Source: Eledone cirrhosa | Lineage: Eukaryota | DNA length: 64,000 nucleotides | Reading direction: 5' to 3' | NCBI GenBank assembly: GCA_964016885.1 | Contig: OZ024746.1 | Location: 39,680,001-39,744,000 of the forward strand | Program-made: the position numbers and the translations under genes | Notes under the pieces: generated by a model | Told to the model about the DNA's origin: nothing | Seen by the model: the letters and a program-made list of their open reading frames with translations, nothing else | Database searches by the model: none | Part shown: positions 1-12,730 of the stretch, piece by piece | Layout: each line of letters begins with the position of its first letter | Numbering within the stretch: position 1 is the first letter of the stretch

Positions 1-612
1 GATAGCTGAATACACTATCATTAGTTCTGGCATGTTAACAATGGCGTCTATAAATACGAAGACACTGGATATCCACAGTTAATTGTGGAACAGACATGTA
101 CTTTTTCAGGAATGTTAAAACCACTAGATTGTATTGTAGTGCATCACTGCGTTTTCAGTGAACCGAACCAATGGCCCGGTTTCGATTCTAAGTTAAAACC
201 ATTTCACACCTTCCATGTCACTACGTTTAAGTAAAGAATGTTGAATAACAGCTTATTTTTATTTTTATTTTCTAACCAACACGACCCACAAAATATCCAC
301 ATGATTCAAAAAATTGAACAAGAAGCAAAGTATTACATTTTAACACGATGATTATTATTTACCTTTTTAAATATTTGTATACTAACGTAAACCATCAGTA
401 GTAATATTTAGATTTTGTACTTTTGTTTGCCTCCTTAACAGTTTTGGTACATTTTGTAAATTTTTTAAAACAGTTTCAATGTTTCCCTGCTAATGTATAC
501 CTTTAGCCTTTTAAAGAACGTACACGTTTTTGTTAATTTAATGATAATACAATCTATTAGAACATAACTGGATTCGGCGCTCATCAGCGAATTGGTTGTA
601 GACAATATATAT

Positions 613-652
<40 letters not shown>

Positions 653-654
653 TA

Positions 655-1070
655 TCTCAAAGAAAAATACAGGGGTAGAGTACTCTTTAAGAAACCCAAA
701 GCAAGAGGGCTCAACAAATATTTCCCTTACTGCAGTTTCACGAGCAAAGGGATAGAATTGACCATATTAATTAATTAAGACAGCTAGTTCTGCCAGTAAT
801 ATAAGCGGTTCTATTGGCTTCTCACAACACAGCCAGATGTTACGACACTTGTCTCATCGGAGATGACTGACAAATACGAAATTTTGCGAGGAGTATAGCA
901 CAGATTAGGAAAAGGAGAATGGGAACGATGAAATGGGGAAAGAAAAGGGACTAATCGATGAAAGAAAGATTAGGTTTGGGAAGGAAAGGGATTGAAGAAG
1001 AGAAATTGAAAACTGAGAGGTTGAAGGAAGAGGGAAAACACGAGGGTGAAGGTGAGGTAGGGAGCTGCCG
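655..1070 (-). mobile_element. Degraded PLE-like 3' end (pyrimidine-rich tract, decayed HHR, tail motif)
   Basis: The minus strand reads a C/T-rich tract, then CCGATGA-GAC-AAGT-GTC-GTAA (about 840-860; two changes from the CTGATGA...GAAA core). GAGTACTC follows at 678-685, and the element ends in (TC)n/(TA)n. Confidence 0.4.
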
Positions 1071-1605
1071 TAAAAAATAATAATAGTAAAAGGGTCTATT
1101 TTCGGAGAAATGATGAGGGTTTTAACATTACCACCTTTTTTACTATTAGTTTTATTTTCATTTTTTAACTACTTTTTAGGTTATAATTTTATTGTTATTT
1201 TATTTCGATTGTATTACATTTTTATTATTGTTATTGATGTTATTATCACCATCGTCATTATTATTACTACTACTACTACTACTACTACTACTCCTACTGC
1301 TACTACTACTCCTACTCCTACTACTACTCCTACTACTACTACTCCTACTACTACTAACTACCTTTCTTCCTAACCTTCTCTACTCATTACGTTCTTATGC
1401 TGACGTCACCAGTAATCCGAAAATAGTTGCCAGTGTTACTATTATTATTATGTTCACGGTACCACCCAACTCATCATTTTCTCTCTCTTTTATCCTCTTC
1501 TATTCTCACTCTCTATCACTTTTCAGCTTTTTTTCATTTCCGCTTTCTCCTCTCACTTCTCCTAATCCTGGTCACAATCTTCACTTCTTCTTTCACATTT
1601 TAAAC

Positions 1606-1663
<58 letters not shown>

Positions 1664-1669
<6 letters not shown>

Positions 1670-1870
1670 GTAGACAAAATTGACAAAGCAAACAACAGAG
1701 TATTACGAAGAAATATCTTAGTTTAACGCTTGAAATAATAGGAAAAGTGTTTCAATGTTTCGGACACTAGTCCTTCATCAGAAGATAGAATGAGAAATAA
1801 AAAATGAAATTGAAAAATAAAGAATAAGAGGAAGGTAAGGAAAAAATAAGAAAAAAACCACACGTGCGTA
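1664..1870 (-). mobile_element. HHR-bearing repeat, family B copy 1
   Basis: The minus strand has TCTT-CTGATGA-A-GGAC-TAGT-GTCC-GAAA at 1758-1785. It aligns by eye to 12130-12350 and 59936-60130, and its 3' end runs into (CA)n. Confidence 0.75.
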
Positions 1871-3179
1871 TACAGTCAGACATTTTGGACACGAGCGAGA
1901 GAGAAAGAGAGAGAGATGACATTCAAGAAATTCAACCTTCTCTGGTGATTAGTTTATAACATCAGGTCATGTAAGAAAACAATAAAAAAATTGGACTATA
2001 CTTTCTAATACTGAGTTATTTACTCAAACATGTGTGCACAAAATATCAGCGAAAGGTTACCAAATAAACACACATAAATGCGTATTTGCTTATTTGGAGT
2101 AGGAATAAGCAAAAGATTAAAAAATAATAAATAAATTACACAAGAATAAAGCAATCCTATTTTATCTATATCCCATTCGGGACTGTTTGCCGAAGTAAAT
2201 TTACACCATATAGGGTGTGGATGTTATGTCGGTCTTCCTAAACTGTCAAATCTATTTCAAGATATGATGTGCCCAAGACATCAGAAAGTGTTTGGTATTT
2301 TTCTCAGTTTTGCCACCGAATCTTATTTCAGAGACAATTAAAAGCACATTTAATAAGTATATCGAACAAGACATTTTTACCGTAACATATAGTTACTTTA
2401 GGTGGCGAATTAGCAGAGTTGTTAGAATTTCGGACAGAATGCTTTACGGTTTTCGTTCTGGTTCTCTGCTTTCTGAGTTCAAATCCTGCTAAGGTCAACT
2501 TTGCCTTTTAAAATTTCTAGATCACTAAAAAAATTTTTAAAAACGTAGGAGTCCAGTGCTGATGTCGATTCTTCCTCTGTATCTCTTTCTCACTTTTTTT
2601 TCTATTATTCTCTCTTTCTCTAGAAGAAATAGGTTGCGTTCAAACCTGAAGAGGGGATGGGCTTTTCAAGGTTTAAGATACCCAAGAAACGCCGTATGTC
2701 ACTACGGCGCCTCTTCTACGCCAACATACATGCATAATTACATCAGTTTTGAGTTAATATTTACATCACTTACATCACTACCCTTCTTGAAAAAGGCTTG
2801 TGTATTGTCCAGTATCATTGCACTTGAGAAATGTATTTGATTAAAATTTAACTGAACTTACAAGAAATTGCTGCTGAATCCATAATTATTATTACAATAT
2901 ATACATACATAATCTATTTCTAAATGTATGTACAATTACCAATGAGTGTTTCTTTTCCGAAGAAACGGTAATTAAACGGGCTTATATCTGATAGAATTGC
3001 AATAAAAAGTTTATGTATAATGTATTGTCACATTATTAAGTATAAACTGGTATAGTTATCGGACCTAGTATATTACTTGTTAAAACTAAACTCACGTTTC
3101 TGAATTCAAACTGTGCTGCAGCCATGTTTTCCTTTCAAAGCGCGCTTTTTTTTTAAATTCTTATCTATCCCCATTATTA

Positions 3180-3471
3180 GATTGGCAGTAACTTTGCCTT
3201 TCATCCTTACGGGGTCGATAAAATAAAGTACCAGTAATGCACTGGGTAATTGCTGGCCTTGTACCTAAAGTAGAAACAATTATTAGATTGGCAGTATCGG
3301 TAGAGGGTCGGGCGCCATGCTTTGAAGCATAGAGTTACCTCCCTTTATGATCTGAGTTCAAATCCCGCCGAGGTTAACTTTGCCTTTCATCCTTACGGGG
3401 TCGATAAAATAAAGTACCAGTAATGCACTGGGATAATTGCTGGCCTGGTACCAAAAGTAGAAACAATTATT
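3180..3471 (+). mobile_element. Two tandem tRNA-derived SINEs (Nin/Deu-domain-like family)
   Basis: A-box-like GATTGGCAGTATCGG, B-box GAGTTCAAATCC, central GCCTTTCATCCTTACGGGGTCGATAAAATAAAGTACCAG and an AGAAACAATTATT 3' end. The first copy has an internal deletion. ATTATTAGA occurs at each junction. Confidence 0.85.
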
Positions 3472-4759
3472 AGACTATTTTGCAGAATATTATCAGAGCC
3501 TATTCAAGAGGCAGCTCTTCCCACGGCTAAGCCGCCGTTCTACCCCAAGCTTAATTTTTATCCCTTCCAAAAAGATTTGCGTTCATATTGTAATCCAAGA
3601 AAGCTCTCAGAGATCCGACTGTTAATTTTGATGAGTTGTATATCATTAAGGAGATAAATATTTCCTCCATGGTTATACTATAGAGATAGAGTTTATATAC
3701 AAACCGATCCACGTTGGGTTGGTATGTCGCCAAGCTAGTCAGCCGTCAGTCGTAGTTATTTATAGAATATAGACGGACGGACTAAATGGTTTACCATAAA
3801 TATTTTAATAGTTCTCGATTTTGATGTTTCACTCAAAATAAATACCACTGAGGTATTGTATTTAATTCAGTCGACTATATCCTTCGCCATTTAAACAATT
3901 GGTCTTGTGTCTAGTGAAAATGAATTGCTATCTCTTTCACTTTTTTTTTACTCTTGGCATACATTTGGTACATTAAGATTTCGATGTGAATTCAATTAAG
4001 ATAAACTGCAGTTTAGCCACACATATAAACATACCGCTGTAATCTGTGATCTTGTAACAATAACAAAACGATGACGATAACTTACGTAAAGGTTTGTTTC
4101 GTTACACAAGCCATCCAGAAATAAACCTATTCATTTTGATAAAAGGAAATGAAATGTCTAAAACACAAGCCAACATAATATAAATTACCAAAAGTCAGAA
4201 AGCAAAGTAAGTGAGGTTTTATGTTAAAGTTTGAAAAGAAAAAGAAAAAAAGAGATGTTGCATTTGGAATAGTTCAATTTATTTAGCAGTTCGTCCTGTT
4301 TTATATATTGGCTGTGCTTTGTTTTCAGTTAACATATATTTGAAGAAATGTTTATATATATTCTTATATTTTTTCAGTTCCAGTGATCCTAACATGACTT
4401 ACATGTTAAACATGTCCTTCTTTCCGTCAATGCTTTCATGTTGTTCGGAATTTACCCTGGAGATATTCATCTCCGCTAAACATAACAGATTTTTTTAAGG
4501 ATGTCTTCGATGTCTTCATATTTTTTTCACATTACCTCACACAAAGATGCAGAAAAAAAAACATATGCATACACAAATATATACATACCAAAAACACACA
4601 CTGTCCAAACGAAAATGTAGACAAATACTATTCACCTAGACTATATATATATATATATATATATGATAAGTGCATCAGCACAAAATTATAGGAGCCTGCT
4701 TATAAAAATATAGATAGACAAATACGTTACTTCATGCATTAAATTCTATTTCTTTCGTG

Positions 4760-4845
<86 letters not shown>

Positions 4846-6443
4846 GTACATACATACATACATACACACACACATTGAGCTCTTCGCTCAATGGAACGCG
4901 ATATATCCAATTTCCTCAAAAAAAAAAAAGAAAAATCGAGAAGAACCGACCCCAGTATATCACTGGTTCTCTATTTATTGAATTCAATAGGATGCAATGT
5001 AGTATTTGAACTCAGATTGCAGAGAGCCGGAACGAAGATGGTAAAGCGTTCTTCAAACACGTCTGCCATTTCCTGCACACATACATAAACACACCCACAC
5101 AAACATGTATATATGTGTGCGTGCGTGTCTTTGAGAGAGATTTAATGTGTGCTCTACCAATATATATACATACTCATACATACATTCAATTACACGCAAA
5201 TATATATATATATATAAGTAGCGTTTGTACGTGTTACAGTAAATGTGAAAATACCAATATGTTTTCTTAACTGACTCCATTCTCATGTGTAAATGTTTTC
5301 ATTACTGTGTGTGTTTGTTTGTTTTTTTCTTTATCTGACGTGCTTAAATGTGTCTGTTTCATCTGCCAATAGTTGAAGCTAGGTGGTCACTCCCGGCAGT
5401 ACTAATAAAAACTTCTGCAACACTAGTAAATATTGTCTAAAAACTACTAATTACTGTAGTTTAATTAGTTGTTGTCTGTATTCGCTTTTATTGATTTGTT
5501 CTTTCTTGTATAATTGTAAATGAAGTTTCGTCTCTTATTGACTTTATTAAGAAAAAAATATCTTTTAATAAACTGCTTTCAACAAAAAAATAATTAATTA
5601 TCTTCTGTACACAATCGAAAAATACAATGTGTAAATTCAGCTTCGATGTTCGATAAAGCAGAAAGAATTAGAAAATGACCATATAAGCATAGTGTTATTT
5701 TCTTCTGTGGAGACTGCATGACCAGATCGTTAAGGAGTTTGTTTCGCAATCATTGGATCTCGAATTCGATTGCGCTGTGTGTTATCTTCCACAACTTTCA
5801 TTTACCATTTCCTCTAGTTAACCCTTGCCTGGTGAGTAAAATTGGGCAGACGGAATTTGTTTTGAAATCCGTTGGGCTGACTGTACCTGTTACACACTGT
5901 AATATTTTGTCACACACTGTGTAATATTTTGTCATATACCGTATTACGCTAAATCCATCAAAGAATTACGTATCTGTGAAATTCTTAGTCACTTGCACGC
6001 TGATTTCACCAGCAGGCTGTTTTATTGATCGAACAACTGGAACACTCATCGTTTAAACCGATGGAGGTCCATACTATTCTAAATATTCCTACTTTTTTTT
6101 CATAATTCCAAGAAACATGTGATTTCTAAATTGTTTATTCACAATTCCTTCTTTATTGTTTTGCTCCCTCTGATTTCTGTCCATGACTTTCTGTACATCA
6201 CTACGAAAGTAGACGTCTTGTACTGTTTTTGTTTACCCTTGATTCAAGGATTTATTGCATAAATATAACATGTAGGGGGAAATGTGTGAATTTTCCACTT
6301 GTGATGCTTTAATACAGTCAGTAACATCAGGTCTAACGAACTCATTAATATTTATTTACACTGCATTTTAGTTTTAAGAGGATTAAACATAGAATGTAGT
6401 ATTCGCACCTTTCTGTGCAAGATATATGACGGGATTGCTTTCT

Positions 6444-6677
6444 TCATGCGCTTGTTGCGGTAGCAGACGTTAGTAAACGGTACGAATCGTCGATCGCAGC
6501 TGGTGCGTAATGGTCTTCCGAGTAACTTTTCCCCAGGTGAAGCAGCTTTCCTACCTGATGAAGATCGATGATTGAATAGAATTCGCTGGAGATATTGATA
6601 CCAATCTTCTCAAAATCTGCCAGAGCTGTCAGACCGTCCTTCGAACCTATTAGATAAAATTGTGTACCCCCGTGTAG
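6444..6677 (-). CDS. Candidate host-gene coding exon, product unidentified
   Basis: A non-repetitive, GC-balanced island. The acceptor-like ...tttcttgcctatatattatgcttcag is followed in phase 0 by LHGGTQFYLIGSKDGLTALADFEKIGINISSEFYSIIDLHQ..., open to TGA at 6444. A possible donor CAG|GTAGGA lies at 6555. Confidence 0.45.
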   Translation of the reverse strand, partial: LHGGTQFYLIGSKDGLTALADFEKIGINISSEFYSIIDLHQVGKLLHLGKSYSEDHYAPAAIDDSYRLLTSATATSA

Positions 6678-7017
6678 CTGAAGCATAATATATAGGCAAG
6701 AAACACGAGCAAACTTCAAACACGTGATTGTGATATGATTAGCTGTGTTAAGTAATTGAACAATTACACAGCACTTGTTAGATAACACTCAATACGAGTT
6801 TAATACACGACACCTACACTGCACATATTTGAAGCTACTTAAACACCATTATCATAGATAGCTAGCAGAATCTTTCACAGAGTATGAAATGTTCCCATTT
6901 TAGGCATTTTATCCACTATTACATTGACATGGGCAGTTGAAATTCTCAAATCTATTTTCGTTAAACAACGGCATTGTAGCGTAACTATGAAAGTATACCA
7001 TTCTGTATATATTTACT

Positions 7018-7119
<102 letters not shown>

Positions 7120-7193
7120 GATATATATATATGTATTACCCTTGGACCACACCAGGATTTACCTACGGACTCCGACATTTGACCCTTTTGTAT

Positions 7194-7294
<101 letters not shown>

Positions 7295-7530
7295 TATTAA
7301 TAATGAGTTCAAACCTCAGGCAGTCCTTTACAATGAAATAGCTCAAAGAAATATTTCCGAGCCGTGTATTTGTGTTTATCAAATATATTAATTTATATTA
7401 ACTTGTATATATATATATATTCGTGAGTGTGTGCAACTATACATATATATATATATATATTTATTTATGTGTGTGTTCGTAAGTGTTTGCGTACATGCCT
7501 GAAGTAACAGCAGCATTAGCAGCAGCATTG

Positions 7531-7579
<49 letters not shown>

Positions 7580-7723
7580 TAGTAGTAGTAGTGGTGGTGG
7601 TAGTGGTAGTGGCAGTAATAGTAGTAGTAGTAAATCAAGAATTCTTATCATTGAGATATAGTGCCCTGCCTAAACAGTTATTCAGCCAAATGACATTCAG
7701 ATGACTTAACCCCAATGGCCATT

Positions 7724-7886
<163 letters not shown>

Positions 7887-8671
7887 TATATTAATTCCCT
7901 TCTGTCAAGCAGCGGACGACATCACCTTTATCGTTAAATGATATAAGTTGTTAAATAAATTATATTGTGTGTGCTGTGTATATACTTATTGAGTTTGTGT
8001 GTATGTGTGCGTGTGAGTGTGTGTGTGTTTGTTGTGTTTGTGTATTTTTATGTGTATCTGTTTGTGTTAATTTGTATTTGTATGTGTTTGTGTGTCGTTT
8101 GCATGTGTTTTTGTGTGTCTCTGTTTCTCTCTCTCTCACTCTCTCTACATGAGCGTGTGTGTGTGTGTGTGTGTGTGAGAGAGTGTGTGTGTGTATTTAT
8201 GATGTGTTCACAGGAGCATCTGTGTCTATGTTAGCAGCAATGTGGTTGTTATCGCCTGACTTGTTCGTTCCTTCAGCAGTGCCTTCCTTCTCAATATTTC
8301 TAATCTTCCTGTCAACAACTTCACACTTAAACAAAGAAAAAACAAAGAATTATACCAAAGGAAAGTATATGAAAATGAGCAAACATTTGTATCCAATATA
8401 TAACGAAAATCCGGCAATAAAACATCAGTAAATCAAACGTAACCCTCCAGCACAGTAAAACTTGAAGCAACATATACATATGGAAATAAATCATATAATA
8501 AAAACGAGAACACAAAACTGAAAGTACACTCCTGTATAGGGCAGAGATTGAAAACCCCTGGAAATTTCTCTCGTAATCAAATTTCGAAATCCTTCACTGA
8601 AATCCCGTGATAAAAGATAAACGGTTTAAGACTTGAGCCCAAAATAGTAATTCAATACACACACATGTACA

Positions 8672-8718
<47 letters not shown>

Positions 8719-10510
8719 AGAGAGAGAGAGAGAGAGAGAGACTGGGACACACAGAGACGTGTATATATATATATATTTATACGACCATATAAAATTACAA
8801 CCAAAATTCCTACTACTATGATAATATCAACAAACATCTCTCCTTTAGCTACTACAGTTTCTTCTTCATCTATATCCTACATCCTAATAATTCCTATACA
8901 CACAGCCAAACAATCTATATATCTGAGAGATATTAAATACCACAGTACTTTTCTGAAGAAGCTTAGGGAACTCCTGATCTTTGGCAAAATACTTTCACGT
9001 GGCTTCAGTCCATTCAGGTGCATAAAATGATCACCATCACCACCATCAGCAACATCAGCAGTAGCATCTGGGAGTTAACCCAACTACGGACTAACGTTCT
9101 GTCTAGGTCGTAGTCTTTCCGTCACTGGTGCCAAGCTGTATTGGACTGTGCCTTTTTCTTGGACAACATTGGTCATTTGAGACTAGCAAGCATTGGTGAC
9201 TGCTGCTATTTCACAAAACATCTTTCCCTGGCTTGTGCCTTAGAGAGGAACATTCTACATGTAAACACACGGTCATTCATGACTTTGAGACGACTGATGT
9301 GTCATTTGTTTGTCAGTTTGCTGGGTGTAGCCTTTTAGCCGATACTTATTCCTCTATTTTCAGTTACAGGTCAGACCCTGCCTTTTATTGAGAGTCTTAT
9401 GAGGCTTTTTTAACAAGGGATATTTTTTTACATAGCTTATCTACTCATAAACCCTCAGTGAACATGGTAACAGATATTACACACTTATATCACCACCATC
9501 TTTCAACACAGTGTTCACAAGCATTTGAATAGAACTATTAAGTTCGGATTGTGTAAAAATTACTAATATTGTGTAGGACGTAGTTCTTTGAAATAGTTGT
9601 TTGTCAATCTAGTATAGCTAGTTTATTTACAGATGTACGTTGTTACTTTGCCACTGTATACAATATTCATTGGCACTAAATACAATAGCCAGTTGACATT
9701 CCAGTATCCCAAACAATTAGTCATTGAATGCAAGCATGTATGTATTTGTGCATGCATGTATGTATAGATAGATGGATGGATGGATGTAATATGTGTGCAT
9801 GTATGCAGGCATCCGTACCTATACGTGTGTATATATTTATATATGTATAATATTCAATATATTAACTATTTGCTCGAGATCCTATTATCACTTTTCTTTA
9901 AGTAACATTGATATTATATTATATCTGGTTATTTAGGCATACAACAACGGATACTTTTTTCCCCCAAACCCTATCCCATCTTTATCTTTCCGCCCACTCT
10001 CATATACACTTCCTCGAAACAGGACTAAGCATCATTCATCCTTACTACATGCTTCAATTACCTGAGGCCATTATTTCGTTCTGAGCTTTAGCATTCTTCT
10101 GGATCACGCATTCTTGGCTTCTCTTTGTAATTTCTGATCATCGATCTTCTATTCTGATCTTCTATTCTTCTGCTTGAACACAACACCAACGAAATAGGAT
10201 ATCGGGGATCCTGCTCGAAGCAACATCAAAAGTACTGTACATCATTCTTGCGACTAAAAGAGTGTTAAACATAGAAGACTTACTTTCATGTACACGTAAC
10301 ATGTATTCACGTATCACACTCATGACTATATGATCAGGCGCGAAAATATGATCATCTTCTTGCAGTTAGAAGTCTTTTTTTTATGTGTATAGTTGTCGCC
10401 ATTGAAATATATTTTTCACTTTGTATTTTTACATTGCCCTTGTCAAATTATCGGCTAAATGCACCAGCCAGAATCTTAGGAATGTATATTTAAAGTAGTG
10501 TGTGCGTGTG

Positions 10511-10575
<65 letters not shown>

Positions 10576-10614
10576 CGTATGTATATTATTTCCTTATATA
10601 TATATATATATATA

Positions 10615-10729
10615 CAATGATATTAAATAAATATCATTGAATATTTACTCCAGTAACTTGTTGAGTGCTCTAAATCAGTTATAAACATTTATATTTGTCG
10701 GACTTCCAACAATCTATATACCACTTCTA

Positions 10730-10731
<2 letters not shown>
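10615..10731 (+). mobile_element. Miniature fold-back plus tail element in (TA)n
   Basis: A CAATGATATT-aaata-AATATCATTG hairpin, then ACTC(10647)...GAGT-GCTC(10663-10670), with (TA)n on both sides. Confidence 0.55.
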
Positions 10732-10780
<49 letters not shown>

Positions 10781-10788
<8 letters not shown>

Positions 10789-11090
10789 AGAACAAAAGAT
10801 GGTTAAAAGAGTTCCATGTATTTTATTATGCGCATTTCAAAAACAAATATCATCATGCAATAATATTTGTGTTTTTATCAGATAAAACAGGAAGACATGA
10901 TATGAAGGTTAAAAAACACTTGTGGATAGTTCAGTTTTAAATCAACATATATGCGCATAATAAAATACATGGAACTCTTTTAACCATCTTTTGTTCTTAT
11001 ATATTATGTATACTCCAGTCCTACAAACTGTAGAGTGCTTCTTATCCGATATCTGCATTGCTTTATTGTACTACAATAAAACTCACCTCC

Positions 11091-11093
<3 letters not shown>
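10781..11093. mobile_element. Fold-back HHR element, family A copy 1
   Basis: The inverted arm 10781-10950 carries a minus-strand HHR with a mutated core (CTGATAA). It joins a tailed arm 10951-11093. Near-identical to 35945-36358 and 62222-62490, with (TA)n flanks. Confidence 0.85.
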
Positions 11094-11132
<39 letters not shown>

Positions 11133-11146
11133 TGTGTGTATGTATA

Positions 11147-11244
11147 CAGGGTGTCCCAAAAATGCATACATACTTTGATTACTTGTACAGGCAATATTTA
11201 TTGAAATATTGTTGAAGTGTGTATACATTTTTTGAGACACCCTG
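11147..11244. mobile_element. Tc1/mariner-type MITE
   Basis: TA|CAGGGTGTCCCAAAAATGCATACA...TGTATACATTTTTTGAGACACCCTG terminal inverted repeats. Confidence 0.8.
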
Positions 11245-11246
11245 TT

Positions 11247-11353
<107 letters not shown>

Positions 11354-11638
11354 TCATTCATGGTAAAGTAATAGTTGAAGTAGCATGTTGTTCGTAGATT
11401 TGCGAATGCATGACAGAGCTCTTATTTGTCTCTTCACTGACGCAAATGAGATTGATCCCTAATAATACTGACAGCTCACTTGTGGAACAACTAAACAACT
11501 CAATGGGTTTAGCTTGACTATTGGGCATTCTATCCTATATTATCTACTACTCACTACTCACCCTAAGTATGGAATACTAAGTTGAATAATGATCTAACTA
11601 ATGTTAAATCGTATTATCTGCATTTTTTGTTGAATCAC

Positions 11639-11727
11639 CAGTCTGAAGAGCAGATCGATAATGGAATCAAGACCATAACTTTTTATGGGTGACCCTGAGC
11701 CAATCCTCTCCGAAACGCTTGTAACAG
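11639..11727 (+). ncRNA. Degraded type I hammerhead ribozyme
   Basis: CAGT-CTGAAGA-[GCAGA...CCATAA/TTATGG...TCTCC]-GAAA-CGCTTG-TA-ACAG. The core is intact but stems I and II have mismatches. Confidence 0.55.
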
Positions 11728-11885
11728 ATTGATACAAGATTAAAATCTAACTATATGTAAACGAAATTCCATCGTTTTTCTTAATACAATATATACAGCC
11801 TATCTGTGCATTGAGTGGTCATTTTGGTACCATCACCAGTAATTCACTGAATCACATACAATATATATATATATATATATATATA

Positions 11886-12089
11886 GTGAAGGCGTGTGGC
11901 TGAGTGGTTCGCAATCGTAAGGTTGTGAGTTCGATTCCTGGACCAGGTGATGCGTTATGTCCTTGAGCAAGACACTTTATTTCACGTTGCTCCTTCTACC
12001 TGGAGTTGCGGCCGATAGATAGTATTAGCAATTGGAAAGACCAACGGAAACATTGTTCCCTCGGTCCGATTTGACGAAAATCGATCGTT

Positions 12090-12090
<1 letters not shown>
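11886..12090 (+). mobile_element. tRNA-derived SINE, second family
   Basis: GTGGCTGAGTGG A-box, GAGTTCGATTCC B-box and a GTCCTTGAGCAAGACACTT domain. Related minus-strand copies lie at about 14085-14255, 15040-15160, 26150-26395 and 53850-54185. Confidence 0.75.
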
Positions 12091-12127
<37 letters not shown>

Positions 12128-12129
12128 GG

Positions 12130-12350
12130 CTACGTGTTTTCTTCTCACTTTTATTCCTCATTTTCCTCGTCCCTTCCTCTTCTCACTCTTTTCTTTCTGT
12201 TTATCTTCTATTTCTAACTCTATCTTCTGATGAAAGACTAGTATCCGAAACATCAATTATCTCTTCCTGGTATTTCAAGCGTTAAACTAATATATTTCTT
12301 CAATGTACTGTATCGTTTGCTATGTTATTTCTGTTCACTATTTACATACT
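12130..12350 (+). mobile_element. HHR-bearing repeat, family B copy 2
   Basis: TCTT-CTGATGA-A-AGAC-TAGT-ATCC-GAAA at 12223-12250, after a pyrimidine-rich tract. Homologous to 1664-1870. Confidence 0.7.
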
Positions 12351-12357
12351 TACATGA

Positions 12358-12446
<89 letters not shown>

Positions 12447-12695
12447 CTTGAGAGATAGTGTTTATGTGTTCATAAACTAAAATCCAAATACAACCTCAAA
12501 GTTCAAAGGTCATTAAGTGCTTGAGTACAAAATTATAAATAACTTCTTGTTTATGTAACAGAAGGCGACAATGTGTACATATTCAATGTTCCTTAAGAAA
12601 ATGTATAAAAGATAGTTGTATATGATATTCTTTTCAGAATCTGCTTTGTTAATCAACAAGTCAATTCCTGTTCAGCCAAAATATAACAGGGAGAA

Positions 12696-12730
<35 letters not shown>

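Noticed and set aside
570-600. Isolated CTGANGA strings (also near 6555, 18118, 21325, 29028, 63313)
   Set aside because: None has a correctly placed stem II, GAAA and stem I; such strings are expected by chance.
8950-9000. CTGAAGAAGCTTAGG...TCTTTGGC-AAAA HHR-like string
   Set aside because: GAAA is mutated, stem II is weak and there is no stem I. It may be a decayed HHR but cannot be supported.
9065-9450. GC-balanced island, possible exon or LINE 3' remnant
   Set aside because: No clean ORF or recognisable motif, so it cannot be assigned without a database search.
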